Source: an uncultured Gemmatimonadales bacterium (lineage in GTDB: Bacteria; Gemmatimonadota; Gemmatimonadetes; Gemmatimonadales; GWC2-71-9). From it: DNA of 64,000 nucleotides. The notes below the pieces were generated by a model. The model was not told where the DNA came from. It did no database searches and saw nothing but the letters and a program-made list of their open reading frames with translations. The stretch covers positions 992,001 through 1,056,000 of the forward strand of contig CAVZZO010000001.1 of NCBI GenBank assembly GCA_963779755.1, read 5' to 3'. Shown here in pieces: positions 19,390 to 28,067 of the stretch. The number at the start of each line of letters is the position of its first letter. The first letter of the stretch is position 1. Position numbers and translations under genes: made by a program.

Positions 19390-19421
19390 GTTACGCGCGG
19401 GCGGGGCAGAATGTTGAACCG
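19390..19421 (-). promoter_or_regulatory. Putative autoregulatory ECF promoter cggTTCAAC-N17-CGTAAC
   Basis: Minus strand TTCAAC (19418-19413), 17 nt, CGTAAC (19395-19390), 6 nt before the GTG. Confidence 0.65.
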
Positions 19422-19509
19422 GGGGAAACACATGCTGGGAAGATAAGGCGGCGCGCCTGGTTGCCTGCCGAACCGGCGGCGGGTCAACGGGTTGGCAACC
19501 CCGGCGGCA

Positions 19510-20889
19510 TCATTCCTGGCGGCGGCGGGTCGCTTCCCGGACGGCAGCGATGGCAAACCAGATGCAGAGGCCCCCCACCGCGTAGGCCATGGTCCGGGGC
19601 AGGAGCAGGAAGAACCCCGCCAGGACGATCAGCACCAGGGCGGCGGGGCCGTAGATGGAGCGGCGGGCTCCGGTGATCACCGTCCACAGGGTGACCACCG
19701 CCCGGCGCCGCATTTCGCGGCGGCTGCGGGAGTGCCGTACGGGGCGCTCATCCGGCGCCTGGCGGGCCAGGCGGGCCGGGATGACGCGCTGGAGGCGGGC
19801 CGGGGCCCGCCGCTCCCCCCGTACCACCTCCAGGCTGCTGGAGATGTCCCGCCGGAACTGCTCTTCCATCGCCTGGGCGAAAGCGGGATCGTCGGTAAGG
19901 ACGTCGAGCTCGTAGTTCCCCAGCAGGCTGGAGGCATTGAGATTGCTGGATCCGATACGGGACCAGTGCCCGTCCGCCACCATCGTCTTGGCGTGGAGCA
20001 TGGGGCCTTCCCACTCGTAGATCCGCACCCCGGCACGCAGGAGCTGGCGATAGCCTACCCGGGTAAGGTTGCGCACCAGGGGAAGGTCGCTGGAACCGGG
20101 GACCAGCAGGCGGATATCGAGCCCCTCGCGGGCGGCATCGAGGAAGGCCTGGAACAGCCTGGGTGGGGGCACCATGTAGGCGTCGGTGATCCAGAGGCGG
20201 GTCGCGCTGCTGGCCGCGAGGATCTCCAGCACCTTGTAGGCCCGCTCCCGGCCGGGCCGGCCGGCGATCACCCGAATCGCGGCATTTCCCGCCGACGGCA
20301 CATCCGCCTGGTCGGGGAGGGCCTCGCCGCTCAGGCGCTGCCACAGACGGCCGAACGCCCGGTCGAGGGCGGTGGCCGCAGGCCCCGCGATCCGGAGCGC
20401 GGTATCCCGCCAGGGCAGTATGCCCCGTTGCTCGTTGCCCACCCATTCGTCGCCGATGCAGAGCCCCCCGGTCACGGCCACGCGGCCGTCGGCCACGACC
20501 AGCTTGCGGTGGTCGCGCGAGAGATTGGCGAAGGTGTCGACCAGGCGCGGAGGATTGAAGGCATGGATCCGCACGCCGGCCTGGCGCAGGTAGCGCCAGA
20601 GTTTCCAGCGGGTAGTGAAGGAGCCCACCCAGTCGTAGATGAGCCGGACCTCCACGCCTGCCCGGGCCCGGGCGGCCAGCGCCTCGGCGAAGCGCCAGCC
20701 GGTGTGGTCGGAGCGGAAGATGTAGTTCTCGAAGTGGATCCGGTGTCGGGCCTCGCCGATCATCTCCAGCATGGCCCCGTAGGTGGCCGGGCCGTTGAGC
20801 AGGAGGTCCACCCGGTTGCCGGGAATGGGCCGGGTGCCCGCCGCGCGGTCCAGGGCGTGATTGAGCGAGGCGATCTCGGCGGCGGCCAT
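19510..20889 (-). CDS. cls: Cardiolipin synthase / phospholipase D family protein
   Basis: Two HKD motifs (HRKLVVAD, HAKTMVAD); WRDT; C-terminal TM extension. Confidence 0.88.
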   Translation of the reverse strand: MAAAEIASLNHALDRAAGTRPIPGNRVDLLLNGPATYGAMLEMIGEARHRIHFENYIFRSDHTGWRFAEALAARARAGVEVRLIYDWVGSFTTRWKLWRYLRQAGVRIHAFNPPRLVDTFANLSRDHRKLVVADGRVAVTGGLCIGDEWVGNEQRGILPWRDTALRIAGPAATALDRAFGRLWQRLSGEALPDQADVPSAGNAAIRVIAGRPGRERAYKVLEILAASSATRLWITDAYMVPPPRLFQAFLDAAREGLDIRLLVPGSSDLPLVRNLTRVGYRQLLRAGVRIYEWEGPMLHAKTMVADGHWSRIGSSNLNASSLLGNYELDVLTDDPAFAQAMEEQFRRDISSSLEVVRGERRAPARLQRVIPARLARQAPDERPVRHSRSRREMRRRAVVTLWTVITGARRSIYGPAALVLIVLAGFFLLLPRTMAYAVGGLCIWFAIAAVREATRRRQE

Positions 20890-20904
20890 GCTGGAAGGTA
20901 CTGC

Positions 20905-21507
20905 CTACCCCGCGGCGCCTCCGAGCCCCAGCCGCGCTTCATGGGGACGCAGCGCCTCCAGCACGAAGGCGACATGCTCCTCCAGAGGAACGCCGATCTC
21001 CCGGGCGCCCTGCAGCACCTCCTCGCGGTTCACCCCCCGGGCAAAGGCCTTGTCCTTCAGCTTCTTCTTTACGCTTTTCACTTCGAGATCGGCCAGGCTG
21101 CGGGAGGGCCGGACCAGGGCGCAAGCGACCAGGAACCCGCACAGCTCGTCCACGCTGAACAGCGCCCGGGCCATGGGGGTGTCGCGAGCCACGCCGGTAT
21201 AGTGGGCATGACCCAGGATGGCCCGCTGCCACGGCTCGGGAAAGCCCTGGGCGGCCAGGACCCGCACGCCTTCACTGGGATGCTCTTCGGCCGGGGAGTG
21301 CCGTTCGTTGGGATAGCGTTCGTAATCGAAGTCGTGGAGCAGGCCGACGATGCCCCAGGCGTCCGGGTCTTCGCCGGCCCGCGCCGCCATGGCACGCATG
21401 GCGAGCTCGACGGCGTACATGTGGCGCCGGAGGCTTTCGGACGCGGTGTATTCGTGCATCAGCGCCAGAGCGCGGTCGCGGGTCCAGGCGGTGGCAGGGC
21501 TGGGCAT
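20905..21507 (-). CDS. HD-domain (HDIG-type) metal-dependent phosphohydrolase
   Basis: RRHM, GLLHDFDYE, DELCG, KDKAFARGVNRE. Confidence 0.88.
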   Translation of the reverse strand: MPSPATAWTRDRALALMHEYTASESLRRHMYAVELAMRAMAARAGEDPDAWGIVGLLHDFDYERYPNERHSPAEEHPSEGVRVLAAQGFPEPWQRAILGHAHYTGVARDTPMARALFSVDELCGFLVACALVRPSRSLADLEVKSVKKKLKDKAFARGVNREEVLQGAREIGVPLEEHVAFVLEALRPHEARLGLGGAAG

Positions 21508-21533
21508 GGGGAAAAGGTAACGGGGAGGCAGCA

Positions 21534-21595
21534 AGGGATCAGGGACCAGGCACCAGGGACGTTTGCCCCTGATGCCTGGTCCCTGGTGCCTGATG
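21534..21595. repeat. Inverted heptamer tandem arrays (hairpin)
   Basis: AGGGATC AGGGACC AGGCACC AGGGACG / CCTGATG CCTGGTC CCTGGTG CCTGATG. Confidence 0.75.
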
Positions 21596-21603
21596 CCCGA
21601 AGC

Positions 21604-22881
21604 CTACGGAATGGTGATGGCTGGGATCGTGGTTCCGTAGGTGCTGTTCACTGCCGCGATCATGGCGTTGGCGACGTATTCGTGCGCCAGTGCGGTCGGA
21701 TGTACGCCGTCCAGCGAGAACAGCGGCCCGAAGGTCACCGGCCCCGGATTGAGCGGATTGCTGAGGGCGGCGGTGATGTCCGGGAAGGGTGGGATGAGCT
21801 GGGCCAGGGCTGCCAGATTGGCGTTGATGTCCACGTAGGCCCAGCCGTGGCTGGTGGCCTGCTGCTGGATATAGGCGTTGTAGCCCGCCACCGCCGCATG
21901 CAGACCCGCCAGCTCGGCGCCGGTCACCACTTCGTTGTCGTTGGTGCAGTCGATCGTTACCACCGAGCCGGGATCCATCAGCGCCTGCTGTGCCTTGGAC
22001 AGGCCGATAGGCCAGGGAATGCTGGTGGTGTCGCCCACCGAGGTGGGAACGGCCGCCGCCGGTGCGCAGCTGATATCCACGTTCAGGTTGACCGGGAACA
22101 GCGGGTTCAGCGGGATGCCGGGGCACAGGCCGGTCTTGAGGCACCAGTAGATCGAACCCTTGGAGGCGTAGGGGATCACCGCCACGTCGGCGACGCTGAA
22201 GAGCACGGCACTGGCCCCCTCCGAGGCGATGCTGTCGACGATCTCTCCGTACTCCGATTCGAAGGCCGTCTCGGGCGTGACCAGCGCCGGATTGCCGGGA
22301 TTGCTCAGGCTGGTGAGCGAGCCCAGCACATCGTTGTTGCCGATCCAGAGCGACACGAACGTGGGGTTCTGGGCCTGCATGGCCTCGACCTGTGTCTTGC
22401 CCCCCAGGAAGAAGAAGGTCAGGGCATTGGACGCGGAGACCGGCATGCCGAAGTTGGTCAGGAGTTCCAGCACCCGGGCGCCGGGAACCGCGACGTTCTG
22501 GACGTAGGGTGGTGCTTCCGGGCTCGCCGCCCGCAGGTCGCAGCTCGCGGCGGTGCCGCCCCCGACCCGGGCCTGGGTGACGTTATTGGTGAAGGGCGGG
22601 GGACAGCCCCGGCCCTGGAGGTCGGGGATGACGAATGGTGCCCCGGCCTGCCCGGCGAAGAGCACGGCGTAGCTCTCCCGCTGGGTGCTGTCGTTGATGC
22701 CGGCCGACTGGAAGCCGGCGGTGATACTGTTGCCCATGGAGACGTAGTGGGCGAACAGCTCGCCGCCGCTCGGCGGCGCGGGCGGTTGCAATGATTCGTC
22801 CGAATGGCACCCGGCCAGCAGCGGAAGCGCCAGCGCCAGGGATGCCGCAAGTACGGAGTACTTCATAGGGCGAGTCCCCAT
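21604..22881 (-). CDS. SGNH/GDSL hydrolase lipoprotein
   Basis: LLAGC lipobox, GNSITAG (block I), WIGNND (block III), DGVHP (block V); TAATG coupling to fadL. Confidence 0.88.
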   Translation of the reverse strand: MGTRPMKYSVLAASLALALPLLAGCHSDESLQPPAPPSGGELFAHYVSMGNSITAGFQSAGINDSTQRESYAVLFAGQAGAPFVIPDLQGRGCPPPFTNNVTQARVGGGTAASCDLRAASPEAPPYVQNVAVPGARVLELLTNFGMPVSASNALTFFFLGGKTQVEAMQAQNPTFVSLWIGNNDVLGSLTSLSNPGNPALVTPETAFESEYGEIVDSIASEGASAVLFSVADVAVIPYASKGSIYWCLKTGLCPGIPLNPLFPVNLNVDISCAPAAAVPTSVGDTTSIPWPIGLSKAQQALMDPGSVVTIDCTNDNEVVTGAELAGLHAAVAGYNAYIQQQATSHGWAYVDINANLAALAQLIPPFPDITAALSNPLNPGPVTFGPLFSLDGVHPTALAHEYVANAMIAAVNSTYGTTIPAITIP

Positions 22882-24260
22882 TAGAAGGCGTAGGTCAGAG
22901 TCGCGCCGAACAGGTGCGCGTGAAAGGTGTAGAGCCCGTTGTTCACCGTGGCGGGCGGCCCGATCAGTCCGGCATCGGTGGTCCGGCCCCGGCGGTCAGC
23001 CTGGTCGATGTACTGGTAGGCCAGATCGACCTTCAGGCGGCTCATGATCCGGGTCCCGAAGCCCACGGTGTACTCGCTGCGGGGGCCCTCCGGCAGGTTG
23101 GGCGTGACCGTCTGCGCCGGCGCGGCGGCCTCGTGCGTCAGGAAGCCGAGACGGAAATGCGTCGTGGGGCTGTAGGCGTAGTCGCCACCGAAACGGAACC
23201 CGCTGGTGGCGTTGTAATTCTCCACGATGATCTTCTGACCCGCATGCTGGAAGTTGAGCACCAGCGCATCGAAGACTTCCCAGTTCACCCACTGGTAGTC
23301 GAACAGGAGCTTGAGCTTCGGAGTGACGTCATAGGCCGCTCCGACGACGAGTTGTTCGGGCAGCGTGAGCACGGTGCTGCCCGACTGATTACTGAGCTGC
23401 GAGTCGGGCAGGAACTGGGGGGCCAGGACCGCGTCGAGCGGCGTGCCCGCCGGAAGACCCAGCGGGTTCCCCTGCGGCAGCAGAATGCCGGTGTTGATCT
23501 GGGTGAAGTCGACGCTGGCCTTGTTGATCTCCACCCGCTGCCGGGTGAGATAGCGGGCGCCGAGCGAGAGCTTTCGGTTCACCTTGATCTGGATGCCCAT
23601 GTTGGCGCCCAGATTGGTGGCATTGCCGTGCAGGTTGGCATCGGCGAAGTCGGTGCCCGATGGAATGCCGAGGTTCCCGAAGGTGACGCCCGGCGCCGCG
23701 GCCACCGTGGACAGATCGGCATGCTGGCGCAGCTGTACGTGCAGGAAGGTAAGATCGACCCCACCGCCGACTGCCAACCAGCTGGTGAGCTTGACTGCCG
23801 CGGTAGGCTGCACGTAGATGGCGCGGATCTGGCTGCGGTAGCCCAGGAACCGGCCCTCGAAGTTCTCCGGCCAGTTGGTCTCCAGTCCGTAAGGGACAAA
23901 GACGCCGAGACCCACGGCCCAGCGGTCGTTGAGCGGCCGCTGGTAATAGCCGGAGGGGACCGGAATGGTCTTCTTCTTGAGCTCGGTCTTGTCGCCCGTG
24001 ATGTCGTTGGTAAAGCTGCCCCCGGCGGTGATGAACGTCGCGCCGGCGCTCAGCAACTGCTGGTTGGCCCAGGCGAGTCCCGCCGGGTTGTAATAGATGG
24101 TCGAACCGTCGTCGCAGGGGGCGGCCACCCCGGTTCCTCCCCGGCCCATGACGCACGTGCCGTGCTCGTGAACGCCATACCCCTGTGCCCAGCCCGTGCG
24201 GGGGAACGCCAGTGTAGCGGCGATTGCCCCGACGGCCAGCCAAACCGGAAACCGTCGCAT
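22881..24260 (-). CDS. fadL: FadL/OmpP1-family outer-membrane long-chain fatty acid transporter
   Basis: Signal peptide, MGRGG...YYNPAGL, PYGL, LPEQ, C-terminal Phe. Confidence 0.88.
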   Translation of the reverse strand: MRRFPVWLAVGAIAATLAFPRTGWAQGYGVHEHGTCVMGRGGTGVAAPCDDGSTIYYNPAGLAWANQQLLSAGATFITAGGSFTNDITGDKTELKKKTIPVPSGYYQRPLNDRWAVGLGVFVPYGLETNWPENFEGRFLGYRSQIRAIYVQPTAAVKLTSWLAVGGGVDLTFLHVQLRQHADLSTVAAAPGVTFGNLGIPSGTDFADANLHGNATNLGANMGIQIKVNRKLSLGARYLTRQRVEINKASVDFTQINTGILLPQGNPLGLPAGTPLDAVLAPQFLPDSQLSNQSGSTVLTLPEQLVVGAAYDVTPKLKLLFDYQWVNWEVFDALVLNFQHAGQKIIVENYNATSGFRFGGDYAYSPTTHFRLGFLTHEAAAPAQTVTPNLPEGPRSEYTVGFGTRIMSRLKVDLAYQYIDQADRRGRTTDAGLIGPPATVNNGLYTFHAHLFGATLTYAF

Positions 24261-24316
24261 AGAGTTAGCTCCGTTGGGAGGTCGGAACGACCGTACTCTC
24301 GGGGGGAAGCCCCGGG

Positions 24317-24345
24317 ATTTTACGGTTTCATCAGGATTTTGTAAA
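24317..24345 (-). promoter_or_regulatory. Sigma-70-type promoter TTTACA-N17-TAAAAT for fadL-GDSL
   Basis: Near-consensus hexamers with a 17-nt spacer in an AT-rich patch, 56 nt upstream of the fadL ATG. Confidence 0.65.
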
Positions 24346-24396
24346 GCTGGTGGGATGGTGTGAAGATTTGGGGAAAACCGCCTGAAGATCACCCCG

Positions 24397-24816
24397 CTAA
24401 TGGCCGTAGGAAGGGCCGGCCTGGGCCGGGGCCTGAGCGGCGGTGAGGGGGACCTTGGCCGCCCGGGCGCCATCCATCAGGATCTCGAAATGATACCGGC
24501 CGGGGCGCGGCAGCGGGACATCGAAAACCAGGACGGCGCCCGCCTCCAGCTCGGTCACGCCGGCCACCGGCTCGCCGAACTGGACCGTTCCTTCCCCGCC
24601 CAGCAACTCGGCTCCCGCCTCATCGACGAAGCGGATGCGGATCGAATGACTGCCGATCTCGGTGCGCCGGCCCCGCACCCGGATCACCAGGTGGGTCCTC
24701 CCGTGCACCGCCGGGAAGCTGGCCACCCAGACGTGCTGGAAGATGCCGATGATCGACAGCTTCCCCTGCTGATCGATCAGGGCGTGGTCGGCGAGAACGG
24801 CGAAGTCGAGTTCCAT
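24397..24816 (-). CDS. Conserved hypothetical beta-sandwich protein (DUF6941-like)
   Basis: LADHA...GKLSIIGIF...PGRYHFEI pattern. Confidence 0.7.
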   Translation of the reverse strand: MELDFAVLADHALIDQQGKLSIIGIFQHVWVASFPAVHGRTHLVIRVRGRRTEIGSHSIRIRFVDEAGAELLGGEGTVQFGEPVAGVTELEAGAVLVFDVPLPRPGRYHFEILMDGARAAKVPLTAAQAPAQAGPSYGH

Positions 24817-24830
24817 GGTTTCAGGCCGGA

Positions 24831-24919
24831 CCTCGACCCCCTCCACCCTCCCGGCTCCGTCGACCTTTCGGAGTGGTCGAGCGGGTCGAGCGGGTCGAGC
24901 GGGTCGAGGAGGTCGAGGA
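24831..24919. repeat. Inverted nonamer tandem arrays (GGTCGAGCG/GGTCGAGGA x5)
   Basis: Right arm 24875-24919 has five copies; left arm 24831-24865 has degenerate reverse-complement copies (CCTCGACCC...CGTCGACC). Confidence 0.8.
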
Positions 24920-24924
24920 TAGCA

Positions 24925-25380
24925 TCAATCCTCGGAAGAGACCCTGATCGAGTTGACCACGTCGCCCTGTTTGATCTGCTGCACCACGTCCATGCCGTCG
25001 GTGACCTGGCCGAAGACGGTGTGCACACCGTCGAGGTGGCGCTGGGGGGCGTGACAGATAAAGAACTGGCTGCCGCCCGTGTCCTTGCCGGCATGAGCCA
25101 TGGAAAGGGTGCCGGCCACATGCTTGTGCACGTTCCGGTCGGTTTCGCACTTGATGGTGTATCCCGGGCCGCCGCTCCCCACCCGCGGGTTCTGTGGATC
25201 GCGGGAGAGCGGGTCGCCGCCCTGGATGACGAAATTGGGAATTACCCGGTGAAAGCGGGTCCCGTCGTAGAAATCGCTGTTAGCGAGTTTCTCGAAATTG
25301 GCGACGGTTCCCGGCGCTTCTTCATCATATAGCTCAGCCTGGATGATACCCCTGCTGGTGTCGATCGTGGCGTGTTTCAT
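24925..25380 (-). CDS. Cyclophilin-type peptidyl-prolyl isomerase
   Basis: [47 protein letters not shown]. Confidence 0.96.
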   Translation of the reverse strand: MKHATIDTSRGIIQAELYDEEAPGTVANFEKLANSDFYDGTRFHRVIPNFVIQGGDPLSRDPQNPRVGSGGPGYTIKCETDRNVHKHVAGTLSMAHAGKDTGGSQFFICHAPQRHLDGVHTVFGQVTDGMDVVQQIKQGDVVNSIRVSSED

Positions 25381-25483
25381 GGTACGCAGTTCCGCGGATG
25401 GAGTCGGGGCCTGGTGGGCGGTTGGAGTCCGAGCAGGCACGTTAACACCGGTCGATCCGAATGCACAGACTCCGGCCGGGCGG

Positions 25484-25515
25484 CGGTTCAACGAAGTCGA
25501 TCCTCGCCGCGTATC
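25484..25515 (+). promoter_or_regulatory. Putative ECF promoter cggTTCAAC-N17-CGTATC
   Basis: Same CGGTTCAAC -35 and CGTA -10 as the promoter at 19390-19421. Confidence 0.6.
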
Positions 25516-25577
25516 CTCGGCATGCCCTGCGGGCGCCGCCCGCGGGCGCAGCGCTCTCCCTCTTCAGGAGTAACCGC

Positions 25578-25970
25578 ATGACAACCAAGGCACGATGCCG
25601 GTGGCTGGGTGTGCTGGCATTGACCATGCTGGCCGTGGCGCCGGCAGCTGCTCAGACCGGCGCCGCCAAGTTGGGTGGGGACTGGACCCTGAGCTATTCC
25701 ACCCCGCGGGGCGAGAATACGATGACGCTCCACTTTACCCAGCAGAACGACTCGCTGGGCGGCACCGCGGAGCTGCGCCGGGGCAGCGGGGCGCTCGCGG
25801 GGACGGTCAAGGGAGACTCGGTGACATTCACCATGACGATGCAACGGGAGGAGCGGACCTTCACGCTCAAGTTCGCCGGGCAGGTCCAGGGAGACAGCGC
25901 CAGGGGAACCATGGAGACGCCGCGGGGGGCCAGCCCCTGGACGGCGGTGAGGGGCGCACCCGGGCAGTAA
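25578..25970 (+). CDS. Small secreted beta-rich hypothetical protein
   Basis: AGGAG RBS, signal peptide (APAAA|Q), GDWTLS...GTVKGDSVTF...W pattern. Confidence 0.75.
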   Translation: MTTKARCRWLGVLALTMLAVAPAAAQTGAAKLGGDWTLSYSTPRGENTMTLHFTQQNDSLGGTAELRRGSGALAGTVKGDSVTFTMTMQREERTFTLKFAGQVQGDSARGTMETPRGASPWTAVRGAPGQ

Positions 25971-26032
25971 GGCCCGCCGGCGGCGCAGATGACCCGGAAT
26001 CCGGTCGTCTGCGCCGGCGGTTTCAGGGGAGC

Positions 26033-27928
26033 CTACCTTCCGGCTTCCTGCCAGGTGTTGTTGGTCGTATCGGCATCCACCCAGATTCCGCCGTCGATGG
26101 ACAGCGCGCGCAGCGTTTTCCCGGTCTTCACCGCAACCGGCGCACGCGCCTGGTTCCGCTCCCAGACCGCCGCGGCCTGGTGCAGGCGCTGGGTGGTGCC
26201 GTCGCCGAACGTCAGCACCAGGTCGAACGGCGCGTCCATGCCGCCCTTGTTGTCGATGGTGACGGTATACCCGTTCCCCGTCCGCGCCACCCGCTGCACC
26301 GCGAGATCGATATAGCCGTTGCCGAAGAACCAGTTGGTCCAGAACCAGTCGAGCGTGCGCCCGGCCACATCGTCGAAGGTATAGAAGAAGTCCCAGGGCG
26401 TGGGGTGCTTGCCGTGCCAGCGCGCCATATAGGCGTGCAGGCATTTCCGGAATACCTCATCGCCCAGCATGTCCTTGACCGCCAGGTAGCCCAGGGCCGG
26501 TTTGCCGTAGGCGTTGATACCGTAGGCCAGGCCCGTCAGCGCGTCCGCCGGGGTGAGGATCGGCAGATCTTCCAGTGGGGACGGGTCGTGCGCCCACCGG
26601 TTGACGCGGAACCGCTGAAAGAGCGCCGTAGCCGAATCCGCGCCCATATCGGTCCGGTTGATGAGGTACTCGAAGGTGGTGGCCCACCCCTCGTCCATGA
26701 AGGCGTAGCGGGTTTCGTTGATTCCCATGTAGAACGGCATGTAGGTATGCGCGATCTCGTGCGCGGCCACGAACTCGGCGAAGGCCGGATCGGCGTACGA
26801 CTGGTCGTTGGCCATCATGGGATATTCCATTCCCGCCCCACCCTGGAACTCGGTCGTCTTCTCGTAGGGGTAGGGAACTCCCGGCCACCGGTGCGAGAGG
26901 AAGTCGAGCGAGTGGCGTCCGAACTGCACCATCTGGTGGAAATCGGCGGCGCTGTCGGCATAGGCCGCCTGCACGCTGGCCCGCCGGTGGGCGGCATCGT
27001 CCACCAGCACGCTGGCGGCGTCCCAGTCGTAGTGGTCGCTCAGGCCGAAGGCCACATCGGGCACGTCGGTGGCGGTGAAATGCCAGCTGTTCATCGGGTG
27101 CCGGGTGGTGACCTGGCCGGCGTCCGTCCGGGCGCCCGTGGCGACATGGATCGTGCTGTCCGACGTCAAGGACGCCCGGTAGCGGGCCAGCACCGCGGGC
27201 TGGAGCAGTTCGGCGGGGTTGGCGAGCGTGCCGGTGCCCCAGACCACGAAATCGGCTGGCACGTTGACGGTCACGTCGTAGTCGTTGAAATCGCTGTAGA
27301 ACTCGTGCCCCGAATGGTCCATCGTATCCCAGCCGTTGTAGTCGTCGTAGACCGCCACCCGGGGATAGAAGTAGGCGACGAAGAACGTGGTGGAGTCGAT
27401 CATGCCTTCGCGGCCCGGCTGTCGGGAGAGGTCATAGTACCAGTCGAAGGCCAGGTCGACCGACTGATGCGGCGCCAGCGCGGCGGGAAGCCGGACCGGC
27501 ACGGAGGTATAGAACCGGGGGTTGGCATTCCATTGCTGCGGCTGGTCATTCACCCTGAAGGAGCGGATGTGGACCCCCGAAGTAAGAAAGTCCCCGGAGG
27601 CGGGCCCGCCGCGGGGGGCGCCGGCCTTGTGAATGTTGTCGAGCAGTTTGATGACCAGCGTATGCAGGGTGTCGGGACTGTTGTTGGTGTAGGTGATCCG
27701 CTCGCTGCCGGACACGCGCCGGTCGGGCGGCATCAGCGCGATGGTGATCTGATAGGCCCCGCGATTCTGCCAGTACCGGGGCCCCGGCCGGCCGTCGGAG
27801 GAGCGGGTGCCGCCGGCGTAGGTCCGGGTAATGGCGCGGGGCTGGTACAGGTTCTGGGCGGCGGCCATCCGGGGCGCAGTCAGGAGCGCGGCGGTGAGCG
27901 CCCAGGAGCAGAACGATCGTACGTCCAT
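26033..27928 (-). CDS. M1-family metalloaminopeptidase, secreted
   Basis: GMEYP, HEIAH...DEG (HExxH-x18-E), AYGK; YWQN and YTNNSPDTL N-terminal motifs. Confidence 0.92.
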   Translation of the reverse strand: MDVRSFCSWALTAALLTAPRMAAAQNLYQPRAITRTYAGGTRSSDGRPGPRYWQNRGAYQITIALMPPDRRVSGSERITYTNNSPDTLHTLVIKLLDNIHKAGAPRGGPASGDFLTSGVHIRSFRVNDQPQQWNANPRFYTSVPVRLPAALAPHQSVDLAFDWYYDLSRQPGREGMIDSTTFFVAYFYPRVAVYDDYNGWDTMDHSGHEFYSDFNDYDVTVNVPADFVVWGTGTLANPAELLQPAVLARYRASLTSDSTIHVATGARTDAGQVTTRHPMNSWHFTATDVPDVAFGLSDHYDWDAASVLVDDAAHRRASVQAAYADSAADFHQMVQFGRHSLDFLSHRWPGVPYPYEKTTEFQGGAGMEYPMMANDQSYADPAFAEFVAAHEIAHTYMPFYMGINETRYAFMDEGWATTFEYLINRTDMGADSATALFQRFRVNRWAHDPSPLEDLPILTPADALTGLAYGINAYGKPALGYLAVKDMLGDEVFRKCLHAYMARWHGKHPTPWDFFYTFDDVAGRTLDWFWTNWFFGNGYIDLAVQRVARTGNGYTVTIDNKGGMDAPFDLVLTFGDGTTQRLHQAAAVWERNQARAPVAVKTGKTLRALSIDGGIWVDADTTNNTWQEAGR

Positions 27929-27982
27929 CAGTCGCGACCTTGTCGTCAGAGGGTATGCGGAAGACAATGACGCCTGGCTCAG

Positions 27983-28011
27983 CGTACGCAGCCCACCCGG
28001 ATCCTGTTTCC
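27983..28011 (-). promoter_or_regulatory. Putative ECF promoter GGAAAC-N17-CGTACG upstream of the M1 peptidase
   Basis: Minus strand GGAAAC aggatccgggtgggctg CGTACG. Confidence 0.45.
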
Positions 28012-28067
28012 GGACCGGCATGCACCTCCTGCGGGCCCCTGTCCGCCTGAGCCGGCGAGATCGCCGT

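Noticed and set aside
19492..22794. 1100-aa plus-strand ORF, and similar long ORFs at 11937-14558, 25595-27970, 30851-32983 and 59387-61903
   Set aside because: Antisense shadows of well-supported minus-strand genes. They have no motifs and are expected in high-GC DNA.
24831..24919. Tandem repeats here and elsewhere as a CRISPR array
   Set aside because: Units are 7-14 bp with no unique spacers, and no cas genes are in the window.
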